Assembly (NCBI GenBank): GCA_964579925.1
Contig: CAZOHK010000001.1
Location: 1-53,217 of the forward strand
Length of the DNA: 53,217 nt
Reading direction: 5' to 3'
Source: an uncultured Staphylococcus sp.
GTDB lineage: Bacteria; Bacillota_I; Bacilli_A; RFN20; CAG-826
Below, in pieces: positions 25,634 through 34,717 of the stretch. The notes beneath the pieces were generated by a model. That model had not been told where the DNA came from. It ran no database searches and saw nothing but the letters and a program-made list of their open reading frames with translations. Position numbers and translations under genes: made by a program. Position 1 is the stretch's first letter, and the number at the start of each line of letters is the position of its first letter.

Positions 25634-26527
25634 ATGAAAAAAGACTATCTGATCAGTGCCTTTGCTTATAGTGGAAAATTAAGAGTGGTCGCTACTCAAA
25701 CCACCGCATTAACTCAAGAAGGTTGTCGTCGGCATCAAACGTTACCAACCGCTTCTGCCGCGCTTGGAAGAACATTAACGGGTGGGATTTTATTTGCAAG
25801 TAACTTAAAGGGCGAAGAGAAATATACGATTCGGATTTCCGGCGACGGACCATTGGGCGAAATCGTGGTGGATGCAAATGCCCTTGGCAACGTTCGTGGT
25901 TATGTCCATAATGGCCAAGTTCATTTCCCTGCCAACGCCAAAGGAAAACTAGACGTTGCCCGAGCGGTGGGTACACAAGGTATGATTGCCGTCGTAAAAA
26001 GTTACGGACCTGAATTTAAATTTACCGGTCAAACACCAATTGTTAGTGGAGAAATCGCTGAAGACTTGGCAAACTACTTGGTCAACTCAGAACAAATACC
26101 TTCTGCCCTAGCGCTTGGTGTACTTGTGAACACAAACGGTTCGATTGCAGCCAGTGGCGGTTACCTCATTCAAGCGATGCCTGGATGTGATGATGCCACA
26201 CTCATCAAAGTTGAAGAGGCTGTAAAAAAAGCAAGACCAATTTCATCCATGCTTCAAGAAGGATTAACACCCGAAACCATTCTTAAGGAATTAATGCCAG
26301 ATGGAAAACTTCAATTCTTTGAACAAAAAGCAATTCAATTTCAATGCACATGTTCGAGGCAACGAACGATTGAGACGTTGAAATTATTAGGAAAAGCAGA
26401 ATTACTCGACATGATTGCAACACAAAAGGGTGCAGATGTTCACTGTAATTTCTGTAACGAACACTATGCCTTCAAAGACGTTGAATTAAAGAAAATCATC
26501 ACCGAACTTGATCATCAGCAGCATTGA
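25634..26527 (+). CDS. hslO: Redox-regulated chaperone Hsp33
   Basis: The ATG at 25634 follows TAGGAGGT. C-terminal zinc centre CTCS...CNFC. The maximal ORF from 25583 is an extension. Confidence 0.88.
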   Translation: MKKDYLISAFAYSGKLRVVATQTTALTQEGCRRHQTLPTASAALGRTLTGGILFASNLKGEEKYTIRISGDGPLGEIVVDANALGNVRGYVHNGQVHFPANAKGKLDVARAVGTQGMIAVVKSYGPEFKFTGQTPIVSGEIAEDLANYLVNSEQIPSALALGVLVNTNGSIAASGGYLIQAMPGCDDATLIKVEEAVKKARPISSMLQEGLTPETILKELMPDGKLQFFEQKAIQFQCTCSRQRTIETLKLLGKAELLDMIATQKGADVHCNFCNEHYAFKDVELKKIITELDHQQH

Positions 26528-26552
26528 TGACATTGATTTTAATACGCCTGCC

Positions 26553-28133
26553 TTAAATCGATAAATTCTGATAATAACGCGTGGCGTTATACCGTAAATA
26601 AATGAGCGCAAAAGAAACCGCAACGGTTTCTAACGTAAGAACAAACAACATTTGAATCGTTGCATCAAAAGCAAAGAGTGGATCCAAGACAAGCCATAAG
26701 ATGACACCCATCCAAGCAAAACCGCCAAATACTGCGAGTAATGCTGCCAGGCTTTGTTTCACGACTTCCACTTCGTGATGATAATCAAATCTGGGAAACC
26801 ACAAATTTAAATATAAGAAAAACACTGAAAGCAATCCGGCAAAGACAACCAGTATCGCCAAACCCAACACACCTTCGATGATTGAAAAAGGAAACAAGGT
26901 GAACGCGACAATCATTGTGAGGAAAACTGCAGGTAAGGTTAACCACAAATTAAAAAAGATTTTTGCTTTAAATAAAACCCAAGGTTGAATCGGCAACGTT
27001 TTTATCAAGGCGATATTTTTACCTTCTAACGATAAACTAACCGCTGGTGTATACACCGTGGAAAGTGTAAATCCCACCACCCCAAAAATTAACCAAATGG
27101 GATGAATGTTCATTGCAACCAAAATCGGTTCTAAAGTTGTAATAAGATTTGGGAATATGATCACTGCCAAGATAACCCCTAGCAACATGATGAGACCAAA
27201 ACCGGTATTGATAAAGTAAATGGATGTGCCAATAAAGCGACGCCATTCTTTTTCCAAGATATGTTGGGTGATGGATTTAAGTTTGGTCGGAACAAACCGA
27301 TTTTCGGTTGCAGCCGCAATCGTTCGCCGTTGGTTCATCGTTAATAAGGGTTGACTCATCATATGGATAAATAAAATTAAAATACCGAGATGAATGGCCA
27401 TGAATCCGACAAATGCAAAGATGTTATAGGTGGTGATGGATGAAACAAACCATTGCCCGAGTACATCGTATGTTTGAAACGAAGCCAACCAAGATGCGGG
27501 GATGATCTCATTTGAAAAATAACTAAATGAGGCGAATGTGATAATGAACATGACAGAGAAAATGGTTTGCAACACATTCGCATGAATCCATCGTTGGGTA
27601 AGTTTACGAATCCCATAGGAAGCAAATGCGCCTAATAACATGAGTGGAATTGGCGTCACGAGTATCATCGGTAAGAATAAAAAGAATTGAAGGATACTCG
27701 GATTCGCGAAATACCACCAAACACCATAAGTAGGCAATACGAGGATGATTGCAAACAAATAAACAAAAACGAGCATTAAGGTGATTTTGGCTGCGACCAC
27801 AAACTTTTGATGAATCGGTAAAGGTCCTAGTAAATCAAAATCTTTATATTGAAATAAATAACCTTGAGCTTGAAAAAATCCAAAGAGAAATCCTAACGAC
27901 GATAATTGACTGAAGATGTTAAATAAAAATTGTGTGAGTTGATTCGCCTGAACCAAAACAAGGCCGAGTTCATAACTGATAAAAGTCGAAGATGACATCG
28001 TCACACCAAAAGCATAAATCAGTAAGCCAATCATCAAGATGGATTTAATTTTAGATCGGGCAATTTTTTGCCCAAAAAGTCGATGAATGCTTAATCGTTC
28101 ACGAAGAAAGGTTCTTAATAGTAATCCATACAT
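26553..28133 (-). CDS. ABC exporter permease (large multi-TM, putative-ABC-exporter type)
   Basis: 526 aa, highly hydrophobic with at least 12 TM segments. 1-nt start/stop overlap with the upstream ATPase gene. Confidence 0.65.
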   Translation of the reverse strand: MYGLLLRTFLRERLSIHRLFGQKIARSKIKSILMIGLLIYAFGVTMSSSTFISYELGLVLVQANQLTQFLFNIFSQLSSLGFLFGFFQAQGYLFQYKDFDLLGPLPIHQKFVVAAKITLMLVFVYLFAIILVLPTYGVWWYFANPSILQFFLFLPMILVTPIPLMLLGAFASYGIRKLTQRWIHANVLQTIFSVMFIITFASFSYFSNEIIPASWLASFQTYDVLGQWFVSSITTYNIFAFVGFMAIHLGILILFIHMMSQPLLTMNQRRTIAAATENRFVPTKLKSITQHILEKEWRRFIGTSIYFINTGFGLIMLLGVILAVIIFPNLITTLEPILVAMNIHPIWLIFGVVGFTLSTVYTPAVSLSLEGKNIALIKTLPIQPWVLFKAKIFFNLWLTLPAVFLTMIVAFTLFPFSIIEGVLGLAILVVFAGLLSVFFLYLNLWFPRFDYHHEVEVVKQSLAALLAVFGGFAWMGVILWLVLDPLFAFDATIQMLFVLTLETVAVSFALIYLRYNATRYYQNLSI

Positions 28134-28837
28134 TAGCTTAACTCCAAGAATAGAGTCTCAAGGTTTTGATTCGCTAACACATCTTTGGTAAGCCCATTAT
28201 GAATCAAAACACCTTGTTTAATGATTGCAATTTTGTTTGTCAGTTTTTCAACGACTTCTAAAACGTGACTAGAGAAGAATATGCTCATACCATCTTTTGT
28301 CATTTCCTTAAACGTTTCTTTTAAGACATAACTCGCCTTGGGATCTAAACCAACAAAGGGTTCATCTAAAATCAACAAAGAAGGATGATGGATGAGGGCT
28401 GCAATCAAGGCAGTCTTTTGTTTCATCCCGTGGGAGTAAGTGCTAATTGGATTTTTTAGAAAAGGTGTCATCTCAAAACTAGAACCAAAGCGATCAATCA
28501 CGCGTTGTCTTTCTTGAATGGATATTTTAAATACATCGGAGATAAAATCTAAATATTGCCGACCGGTTAATTGTTCATAAAGTTCCGGATGGTCTGGGAC
28601 GTATGCAATCTTTTTTTTATATTCAATCGGTTGTTTGAGGACGTCTGACCCTTGAAAAGTTATAGAACCTTTATCTAATTGATGGATACCGGAAATTGCT
28701 TTAAGTAAAGTGGTTTTTCCTGCGCCATTATGACCAACAAACCCGTATAAATCTCCAGGCTCAATTGTCAAAGAAACATCTTTTAAAGCGAGTTTTTTCT
28801 TATCATATGACTTGCTTGCATTCTTGATGATGAGCAT
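28133..28837 (-). CDS. ABC transporter ATP-binding protein
   Basis: 234 aa. Walker A GHNGAGKTT, signature YSHGMKQK, Walker B LLILDEP. Confidence 0.9.
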   Translation of the reverse strand: MLIIKNASKSYDKKKLALKDVSLTIEPGDLYGFVGHNGAGKTTLLKAISGIHQLDKGSITFQGSDVLKQPIEYKKKIAYVPDHPELYEQLTGRQYLDFISDVFKISIQERQRVIDRFGSSFEMTPFLKNPISTYSHGMKQKTALIAALIHHPSLLILDEPFVGLDPKASYVLKETFKEMTKDGMSIFFSSHVLEVVEKLTNKIAIIKQGVLIHNGLTKDVLANQNLETLFLELS

Positions 28838-28839
28838 GG

Positions 28840-29316
28840 TTATTTCAATTGGTTTTCAATGTCTTTTGCAATCGATTCTGGTAAGACGGTTGGTGCATAA
28901 CGCTTCACAACCTTGCCTTCTTTGTTAATAAGGAATTTTGTAAAGTTCCATTTGATACTCGAACCAAATAAATTAAAGGTACTTTTTTTAAGCCATTGAT
29001 AGAGTGGGTGCGTATTTCTTCCATTGACTTCAATTTTTGCAAATGGTTTAAAAGAGTTTTTTAATTTTGTTTCGCAAATATATGCTGTTTCGGCATCGCT
29101 TTCAGGAGATTGGTCCGCAAATTGATTGCAAGGAAAGTCCAAAACTTCAAATCCTTTGGAGTGATAACTTTGTTGAAGTTTTTCTAATCCTTTATATTGT
29201 GGAGCTAATCCACAGTGAATCGCCGTGTTCACAACCAAAACAACTTTGCCTTGATATTGTTTAAGGGAGACAGGTTTTCCTTGATAGTCTTTGGCAGTAA
29301 ATTGATATAAATCCAT
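28840..29316 (-). CDS. Glutathione peroxidase-family (Cys-type) peroxidase
   Basis: 158 aa. Motifs VNTAIHCGLAPQY, FPCNQF, WNFTKFL. Confidence 0.9.
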   Translation of the reverse strand: MDLYQFTAKDYQGKPVSLKQYQGKVVLVVNTAIHCGLAPQYKGLEKLQQSYHSKGFEVLDFPCNQFADQSPESDAETAYICETKLKNSFKPFAKIEVNGRNTHPLYQWLKKSTFNLFGSSIKWNFTKFLINKEGKVVKRYAPTVLPESIAKDIENQLK

Positions 29317-29335
29317 GTGATGTCCTCTTTTTATA

Positions 29336-30382
29336 TTATAAAGCTTTTAAATGGCGATAACGGGGGAAAACATCACGAATAATTTTTTGATGGGCTTCTG
29401 GGATTGGAATTGTCGATAATGCATCTTCTTTCACCCAAACGCCTTCTAATTGAATCGATGGTGGAACGGTGATTTGATAAACATCCATTAACCAGTTTTG
29501 GTGAGTAAATATATGTTTATAAATCGCTCTCTTCATCAGTTTTTGTGGTTTTAAACCTTGTGCTTCAAGCCACGCCTCAACTTCATCCATGGAAGCTTCC
29601 CATTGCGGTAATAAATAAAAGTCTTTTAATAAATTGGCCGTGTTTTTCTTCAGAAGAATCTCATCACTTTTACGAAATACAATCGTTATCCATTCTTTGG
29701 ATTTGGCAATACTTTTTTTAGATAGAACTGGTAGTTGATCGGTTTGTTGATTTTGATTGGCGTAACAGGTTTTGTTTAATGGACAAGCGTCGCAATTTGG
29801 ATTCACTGGTCGACATACCAATGCCCCGAGTTCCATGACCGATTGAATATAAAGTCTTGGGTTTGCATGTTCGACATTTTTTTGGTGGAGTAAATCAATC
29901 TTCTTTTTTGATTTAGGCAAACGCATGTCATCATTGATACCGTAGTAGCGACTCAAAACACGTAAAACATTTCCATCTGTTGCGGCATATGGTTGGTTAT
30001 AAGCAATCGCCATAATCGCCCCAGCGGTATATGATCCAACCCCAGGGATCGCCATCACATCATCATAGGTGGTTGGAAATAATCCTTTGTGTTGGTTCAT
30101 CAGATAAATTGCGCCTTCATGTAACATACGAAAACGTCGATAATAACCTAAACCTTGAACTTCTGTTAAGACGTCTTCTTGTGTTGCTTTTGCGAGATAT
30201 TGGATGGATGGAAATTTTTTCATAAACGAAGAATAGTATCTTAAAACCGTTTCCATTTGGGTTTGTTGAAGCATGACTTCACTTACCCAAATCCCATAGG
30301 GTGTTGGGTGATGCCGAAAAGGTAAATCCCGTTGATGTTGAAGATACCATGTCTCTAGTTGTTTAGTAATCATCTCACTCAT
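29336..30382 (-). CDS. mutY: A/G-specific adenine DNA glycosylase
   Basis: HhH-GPD region IPGVGSYTAGAI, Fe-S cluster CxxxxxxCxxCxxxxxC (CRPVNPNCDACPLNKTC), C-terminal NUDIX-like domain. I prefer the ATG at 30382. The maximal ORF to 30511 runs antisense into crtP. Confidence 0.88.
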   Translation of the reverse strand: MSEMITKQLETWYLQHQRDLPFRHHPTPYGIWVSEVMLQQTQMETVLRYYSSFMKKFPSIQYLAKATQEDVLTEVQGLGYYRRFRMLHEGAIYLMNQHKGLFPTTYDDVMAIPGVGSYTAGAIMAIAYNQPYAATDGNVLRVLSRYYGINDDMRLPKSKKKIDLLHQKNVEHANPRLYIQSVMELGALVCRPVNPNCDACPLNKTCYANQNQQTDQLPVLSKKSIAKSKEWITIVFRKSDEILLKKNTANLLKDFYLLPQWEASMDEVEAWLEAQGLKPQKLMKRAIYKHIFTHQNWLMDVYQITVPPSIQLEGVWVKEDALSTIPIPEAHQKIIRDVFPRYRHLKAL

Positions 30383-30458
30383 TATAAGGGGTTTTCTCAA
30401 GGATGAATATTTCCACTGCATGCGGATTATGACTATAATGTTATCAACGAGGTAAGGT

Positions 30459-31946
30459 ATGAAAAAAGTAGTGGTTATTGGTGGCGGACTTGGTGGATTG
30501 TCAGCGGCCATCTCGTTGGCAGCACTTCCTGGTTATGAAATCACCATCTTAGAGAAGAACGCCCATTTGGGTGGAAAATTAAACGTAAAAGATACCAAAG
30601 GATTTTCTTTTGATCTTGGACCATCCATCTTAACCATGCCCCATATTTTCGAAGCGTTATTTGCAAAACACAATCGCAAGATGTCGGATTACATCAAGAT
30701 TGAACCAGTTCGGCCTCACTGGCGAAATTTCTTTGAAGACGGCAACATCATTGATTTAACACATCGTATTGATGACATGTTAATCAACAAACAACTGACT
30801 GCCTCTGATTTAGAAGACTTAAAAAAATACTACGCCTATACAGAAAAAATATTTGGTGTCTCCGCCATGGTAGCTTTCGACAATCAATTAGAAAACACAT
30901 GGGAAGCGATGCGCTTTAAACCTTCTGTCAGTATTTTCCAAAACATGGATTACTTTTCATCGATGGATCAAGGTGTCCGACGTTATGTCAAAAATCCTTA
31001 TCTCGTTGATATTCTTAATTACTTTATTAAATACGTAGGTTCTTCACCATATGATGCTCCCGCGCTCATGAATTTACTTCCTTATATTCAATGGAAGTAT
31101 GACTTATGGTATGTCAAAGGTGGGATGTTTAATATTTCAAAAGGGATGGTGAAGTTGATTGAAGAACTTCCCCAAATTAAAGTAAAGACGAATACAGAAG
31201 TCGTGGGTGTTGAAAAATTAAACCGTCATATTTCAACCATTCATTTAAAAAAGGGCAAACCAATCACGACCGATTTGATTGTTTCCAATATGGAAGCCAT
31301 TCCCTTTTATGAAAAAATCACCAAAGAAAGTAAAGGCCTCATTCGTCGATACCAAAGAAAGTTTGAACCAGCATGTTCTGGTTTCGCCCTTCATTTAGGA
31401 ACCGATAAGGTTTACCCACAACTCGCACACCACAATTTCTTTTATTCAAAGGATTCAAAAACAAACTTTAAAAATATCTTTCATCGTCGCAAACTCAATC
31501 CAGATCCAACCATCTATTTAGTCGCACCAATGCGTACCGATCCTAGTCAAGGACCAAAAGGTGGAGATATCATCAAGATTCTTCCACATATTCCATATCT
31601 TGATCCGAAGAAACCTTTTACTAAAAAAGACTATGCAACCTTCCGTGAAAATATCTTAACCAAACTAGAACGCATGGGTTTAACTGATCTTCGAAAACAC
31701 ATTGTGGTGGAAGAACTTTGGACCCCAGAAACCATTCAAGATATGTATTACTCCAATCGCGGTTCCATTTATGGCGTCGTCGCGAGCAGAAAGAAAAACA
31801 TGGGATTTAAAGTGCCAAAACATTCAAAACTTTATGACAACGTTTACTTCGTTGGTGGATCCGTCAACCCAGGTGGTGGGATGCCAATGGTCGTATTAAG
31901 TGGTCAACAAGTCGTCGAACAAATCCTTAAATTTGAAAAGAAATAA
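30459..31946 (+). CDS. crtP: CrtI-family FAD oxidoreductase, best match 4,4'-diaponeurosporene oxygenase (CrtP-like)
   Basis: 495 aa. FAD fold VVVIGGGLGGLSAA. Long blocks shared with recalled S. aureus CrtP: GFSFDLGPSILTMP, YFIKYVGSSPYDAP, MGLTDLRKHI, VGGSVNPGGGMPMV. SD GAGGTAAGG upstream. Confidence 0.8.
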   Translation: MKKVVVIGGGLGGLSAAISLAALPGYEITILEKNAHLGGKLNVKDTKGFSFDLGPSILTMPHIFEALFAKHNRKMSDYIKIEPVRPHWRNFFEDGNIIDLTHRIDDMLINKQLTASDLEDLKKYYAYTEKIFGVSAMVAFDNQLENTWEAMRFKPSVSIFQNMDYFSSMDQGVRRYVKNPYLVDILNYFIKYVGSSPYDAPALMNLLPYIQWKYDLWYVKGGMFNISKGMVKLIEELPQIKVKTNTEVVGVEKLNRHISTIHLKKGKPITTDLIVSNMEAIPFYEKITKESKGLIRRYQRKFEPACSGFALHLGTDKVYPQLAHHNFFYSKDSKTNFKNIFHRRKLNPDPTIYLVAPMRTDPSQGPKGGDIIKILPHIPYLDPKKPFTKKDYATFRENILTKLERMGLTDLRKHIVVEELWTPETIQDMYYSNRGSIYGVVASRKKNMGFKVPKHSKLYDNVYFVGGSVNPGGGMPMVVLSGQQVVEQILKFEKK

Positions 31947-32436
31947 ACGATAGTTTCTTTAATAATCGTTGAAAACGAAAGCGATTATATCGTTGTAGCC
32001 ATATCAAGGGTAGGTTAAATCCAAACGCATAGACGACCATAATCATCGCAATCCAAAAGTCATTAAAGATAAAAAACGTAACACAAGGGATGATTTGTAA
32101 GAGGTGGGAATATTCAGCCCGTCTTGTTTCTTCAATAAAGTCTTGAATATACTCACGTTGCGTTCCTTTTAACGTTTTCTTTTTAAATCCTTCATTGAAG
32201 ATGGTCGCCCCATCTGGGATAAACTTTTTCCACAAGCGTATCTTAAGGATGGTTTCATAAAACTTTCCACCTTGTTCGTACCGTCTTGGACGATATAACC
32301 ACGTATCGTTTTTAAACTTGATCGCCGGTGTGTGGAGAGTAAATTTTGATATGGTCAGATGATAAATGGGCCAAAGCACAATATTGAGGACAAACATCAC
32401 CCATGGTTGAACTGGGATCAATGGAAACCAATTCAT
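31927..32436 (-). CDS. crtO: Glycosyl-4,4'-diaponeurosporenoate acyltransferase-like membrane protein (CrtO family)
   Basis: The ATG at 32436 forms an ATGA overlap with the crtQ stop, giving 169 aa. Motifs ETRRAEYSHL and LQRYNRFRF resemble S. aureus CrtO ETKRAELIHW and VQRYNRPRL. Confidence 0.75.
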   Translation of the reverse strand: MNWFPLIPVQPWVMFVLNIVLWPIYHLTISKFTLHTPAIKFKNDTWLYRPRRYEQGGKFYETILKIRLWKKFIPDGATIFNEGFKKKTLKGTQREYIQDFIEETRRAEYSHLLQIIPCVTFFIFNDFWIAMIMVVYAFGFNLPLIWLQRYNRFRFQRLLKKLSFISFQI

Positions 32437-33521
32437 AACTCTAACTCTCTTCCTTTCCACGTCACACGCTTGTGTTGCTTAGATCGAATGCTTGATCGAA
32501 TAAATAACCAAACAAAAAAGAGTAAATGAATCGGATAGATCAAGATGGTGAGGATTGAAAAGGTTCCTACTTTTCTTGCTAAGTAAAATGTGATCAAACC
32601 GACTAACAAATAACCAATCATATATGCTTGTCCAGTCCACATGAATGGGGCAACACCACTCAAGGTGGCAATAAACATGCCAGTAATCCAAATACTGACA
32701 AACGCCATCATCCATCCAGGAATAAGGCCGGCACCCGAAGCAAAATTTTTTGTCCATCCTTCGATTAAGGTTTTTAGACCTTCCGGATACATGCGAAAGA
32801 CAATCGCACCTTTTCCGCCTAACGCTCTTATGGTTTTACCAGTTTGTTTTTGTAATGCTTGCCCAATGGCAATGTCTTCAAGAATTGCATGTTTTCCAGC
32901 ACCATGACCATCCACCGACCAATAATCTTTTGCATCAATCACTTGGCAAGGTCCAAAAAAAGAAGTCGCCTTGATTTTCTTACCAAACGGAGTAAATAAA
33001 CCAGTGGTCATCATGACGATTAAATTAAAAAACAAAGAAAGTTGTTCATATCCTTTTTTCATGATGTGATACGGTTGGATAGATAATGGCGTTTCATCAA
33101 GAAAAAAAGTTGCCAATATGTTTTCCAACCCGCGAGGTCTTAATGCGGTATCCGCATCTAAAAAGATGAAGACATCGCCCGTGGCGCGTTTTGCTCCTTG
33201 GTAACAAGCCCAAGGTTTACCAAACCAACCTTTTGGTAAAGGTTCTGCTTCAATAACGGTTGCACCAGCCTTGCTTGCTATCTTCGCCGTTCCATCGGTG
33301 GAATGGTCATCAACCACCAACCATTCATGGAGGAGGTGTTGTTGTGGTTTGATTGATGCGAGTAAAGGTTGGATGCGTTTTTCTTCATTGCGAGCTGGAA
33401 TGATCACCGATATTTTTTTTGTGGATAAAAAAGAGCGCTTTTGTATGGGTGGTATGTGCCACAACAAAAATAACCCAACGGAAACAAATATCATCGAAAG
33501 TGAGATGACTATCCAATGCAT
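32433..33521 (-). CDS. crtQ: Family-2 glycosyltransferase, 4,4'-diaponeurosporenoate glycosyltransferase-like (CrtQ)
   Basis: 362 aa. Motifs IIPARNEEKRI, ACYQG, DAD, SIQPYH, FRMYPEG...EGWTK, and a C-terminal WKGR as in S. aureus CrtQ. Confidence 0.8.
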   Translation of the reverse strand: MHWIVISLSMIFVSVGLFLLWHIPPIQKRSFLSTKKISVIIPARNEEKRIQPLLASIKPQQHLLHEWLVVDDHSTDGTAKIASKAGATVIEAEPLPKGWFGKPWACYQGAKRATGDVFIFLDADTALRPRGLENILATFFLDETPLSIQPYHIMKKGYEQLSLFFNLIVMMTTGLFTPFGKKIKATSFFGPCQVIDAKDYWSVDGHGAGKHAILEDIAIGQALQKQTGKTIRALGGKGAIVFRMYPEGLKTLIEGWTKNFASGAGLIPGWMMAFVSIWITGMFIATLSGVAPFMWTGQAYMIGYLLVGLITFYLARKVGTFSILTILIYPIHLLFFVWLFIRSSIRSKQHKRVTWKGRELEL

Positions 33522-33525
33522 AAAC

Positions 33526-34638
33526 TTATTTTACCAAGGAAGTGAGTGTTTCGTTTTCAAACACATCATAAGCAAATCGGTATTGAGGGAATTGTTTTAA
33601 TAAATATGCCTCGATGATGGATTTGTCTTCCGTTCTTCTTAATTCAATCACCATTTCTCGATGATGCTTTTCTTGAATTGGGCGGATGTTGTTGACGTAT
33701 TGGGTGAGGTTATTTTTTTTAAGGCTATTTAGAATAGGTTGCGTGATGCGTTGCTTTTCTGCTTCGTTTACCACCATCGGATCAAGGTGAATCATCACGT
33801 CATAACCCCATTGCTTGCGTATACTTTCTTCAATCTCGTCAACAATATTGTGAATGGTAATAAATGAATGTTGTTCACTGACTTCAACATGAAAACTAAG
33901 CATTTGGTAATTTGGTCCGTAATCATGGAAGATAAAATTATGGGTACCTAAGATGACCGAATATGCCTTTAAGAAGGAACGGATGTTGACCATTTCTTGA
34001 TGGTCTAAACTTTCTCCAAGAACGCGGCGAACCGAATGGAGAAGGAGTTTTAAGCCAGTCCATGCCATCACGAAGGCAATGAATAAACCCGCAATGGCAT
34101 CAAGGGGAAGATCGATCCATGTATTTAGCATAAAACTGATCAACACAATTAACGATATGAACACATCAAATAAATTATCAATTGCCAATGCTTTTGTTGA
34201 TAATAGTTTGGTTCCCCGGTAAAGATACCTTAAGTATAGATACAAGGAAAACTTGATGGCCATACCAAGAATAAGGATAACGATTGCAAATGGATTCATC
34301 GTCACAGGAGAAGGTTGTAGCATACGACGAATGGATTCAATTAAAAACTGACTGCTAACAATTACCATCAGGATTGCAATCGATAACGAGGTTAGGTATT
34401 CCCCACGCCCGTGACCTTGAGGATGATTGGCGTCTGGTTTTCTTGACGAAAGGCGTTGGCCCATCCAAAAAATGAATCCGCCAAGGGAGTCAGATAAATG
34501 ATTAAAAGCGTCCGTTAGTAGTGCCACACTATTCATCCAGAAGGCAATCGTCAATTTGCCTAAAAACAACCCCGCATTAAGGCCAATAGATAAAAACGTG
34601 ATATTTCGAATGCTTTGTTTGGTAAGTTTTGCTTTCAT
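33526..34638 (-). CDS. Cation diffusion facilitator (CDF) family metal efflux transporter
   Basis: 370 aa. Six TM segments plus a cytoplasmic C-terminal domain. Motifs LLTDAFNHLSD and DAIAG. Its stop is 4 nt before the crtQ start. Confidence 0.85.
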   Translation of the reverse strand: MKAKLTKQSIRNITFLSIGLNAGLFLGKLTIAFWMNSVALLTDAFNHLSDSLGGFIFWMGQRLSSRKPDANHPQGHGRGEYLTSLSIAILMVIVSSQFLIESIRRMLQPSPVTMNPFAIVILILGMAIKFSLYLYLRYLYRGTKLLSTKALAIDNLFDVFISLIVLISFMLNTWIDLPLDAIAGLFIAFVMAWTGLKLLLHSVRRVLGESLDHQEMVNIRSFLKAYSVILGTHNFIFHDYGPNYQMLSFHVEVSEQHSFITIHNIVDEIEESIRKQWGYDVMIHLDPMVVNEAEKQRITQPILNSLKKNNLTQYVNNIRPIQEKHHREMVIELRRTEDKSIIEAYLLKQFPQYRFAYDVFENETLTSLVK

Positions 34639-34717
34639 TAGGTCGATTATCTCATAGAGAAACTTATAAAATCAAAATGCCTTTTAAGGTTTATAATTAG
34701 AATTGGAGGATACCCTT

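Noticed and set aside
30383-30511. N-terminal 43-codon extension of the mutY ORF (MAADNPPSPPPITTTFF...), which would overlap the crtP start by 53 nt.
   Set aside because: The extension is the antisense reading of the crtP GxGxxG codons (GGGLGG mirrors as PPSPPP). MutY homology begins only after the ATG at 30382, so the extension is an ORF-finder artefact.
30459-31946. Calling this CrtI-family gene a phytoene or dehydrosqualene desaturase (CrtI/CrtN).
   Set aside because: The long conserved blocks match the recalled S. aureus CrtP oxygenase far better than CrtN. I kept the call as CrtP-like, pending a real alignment.
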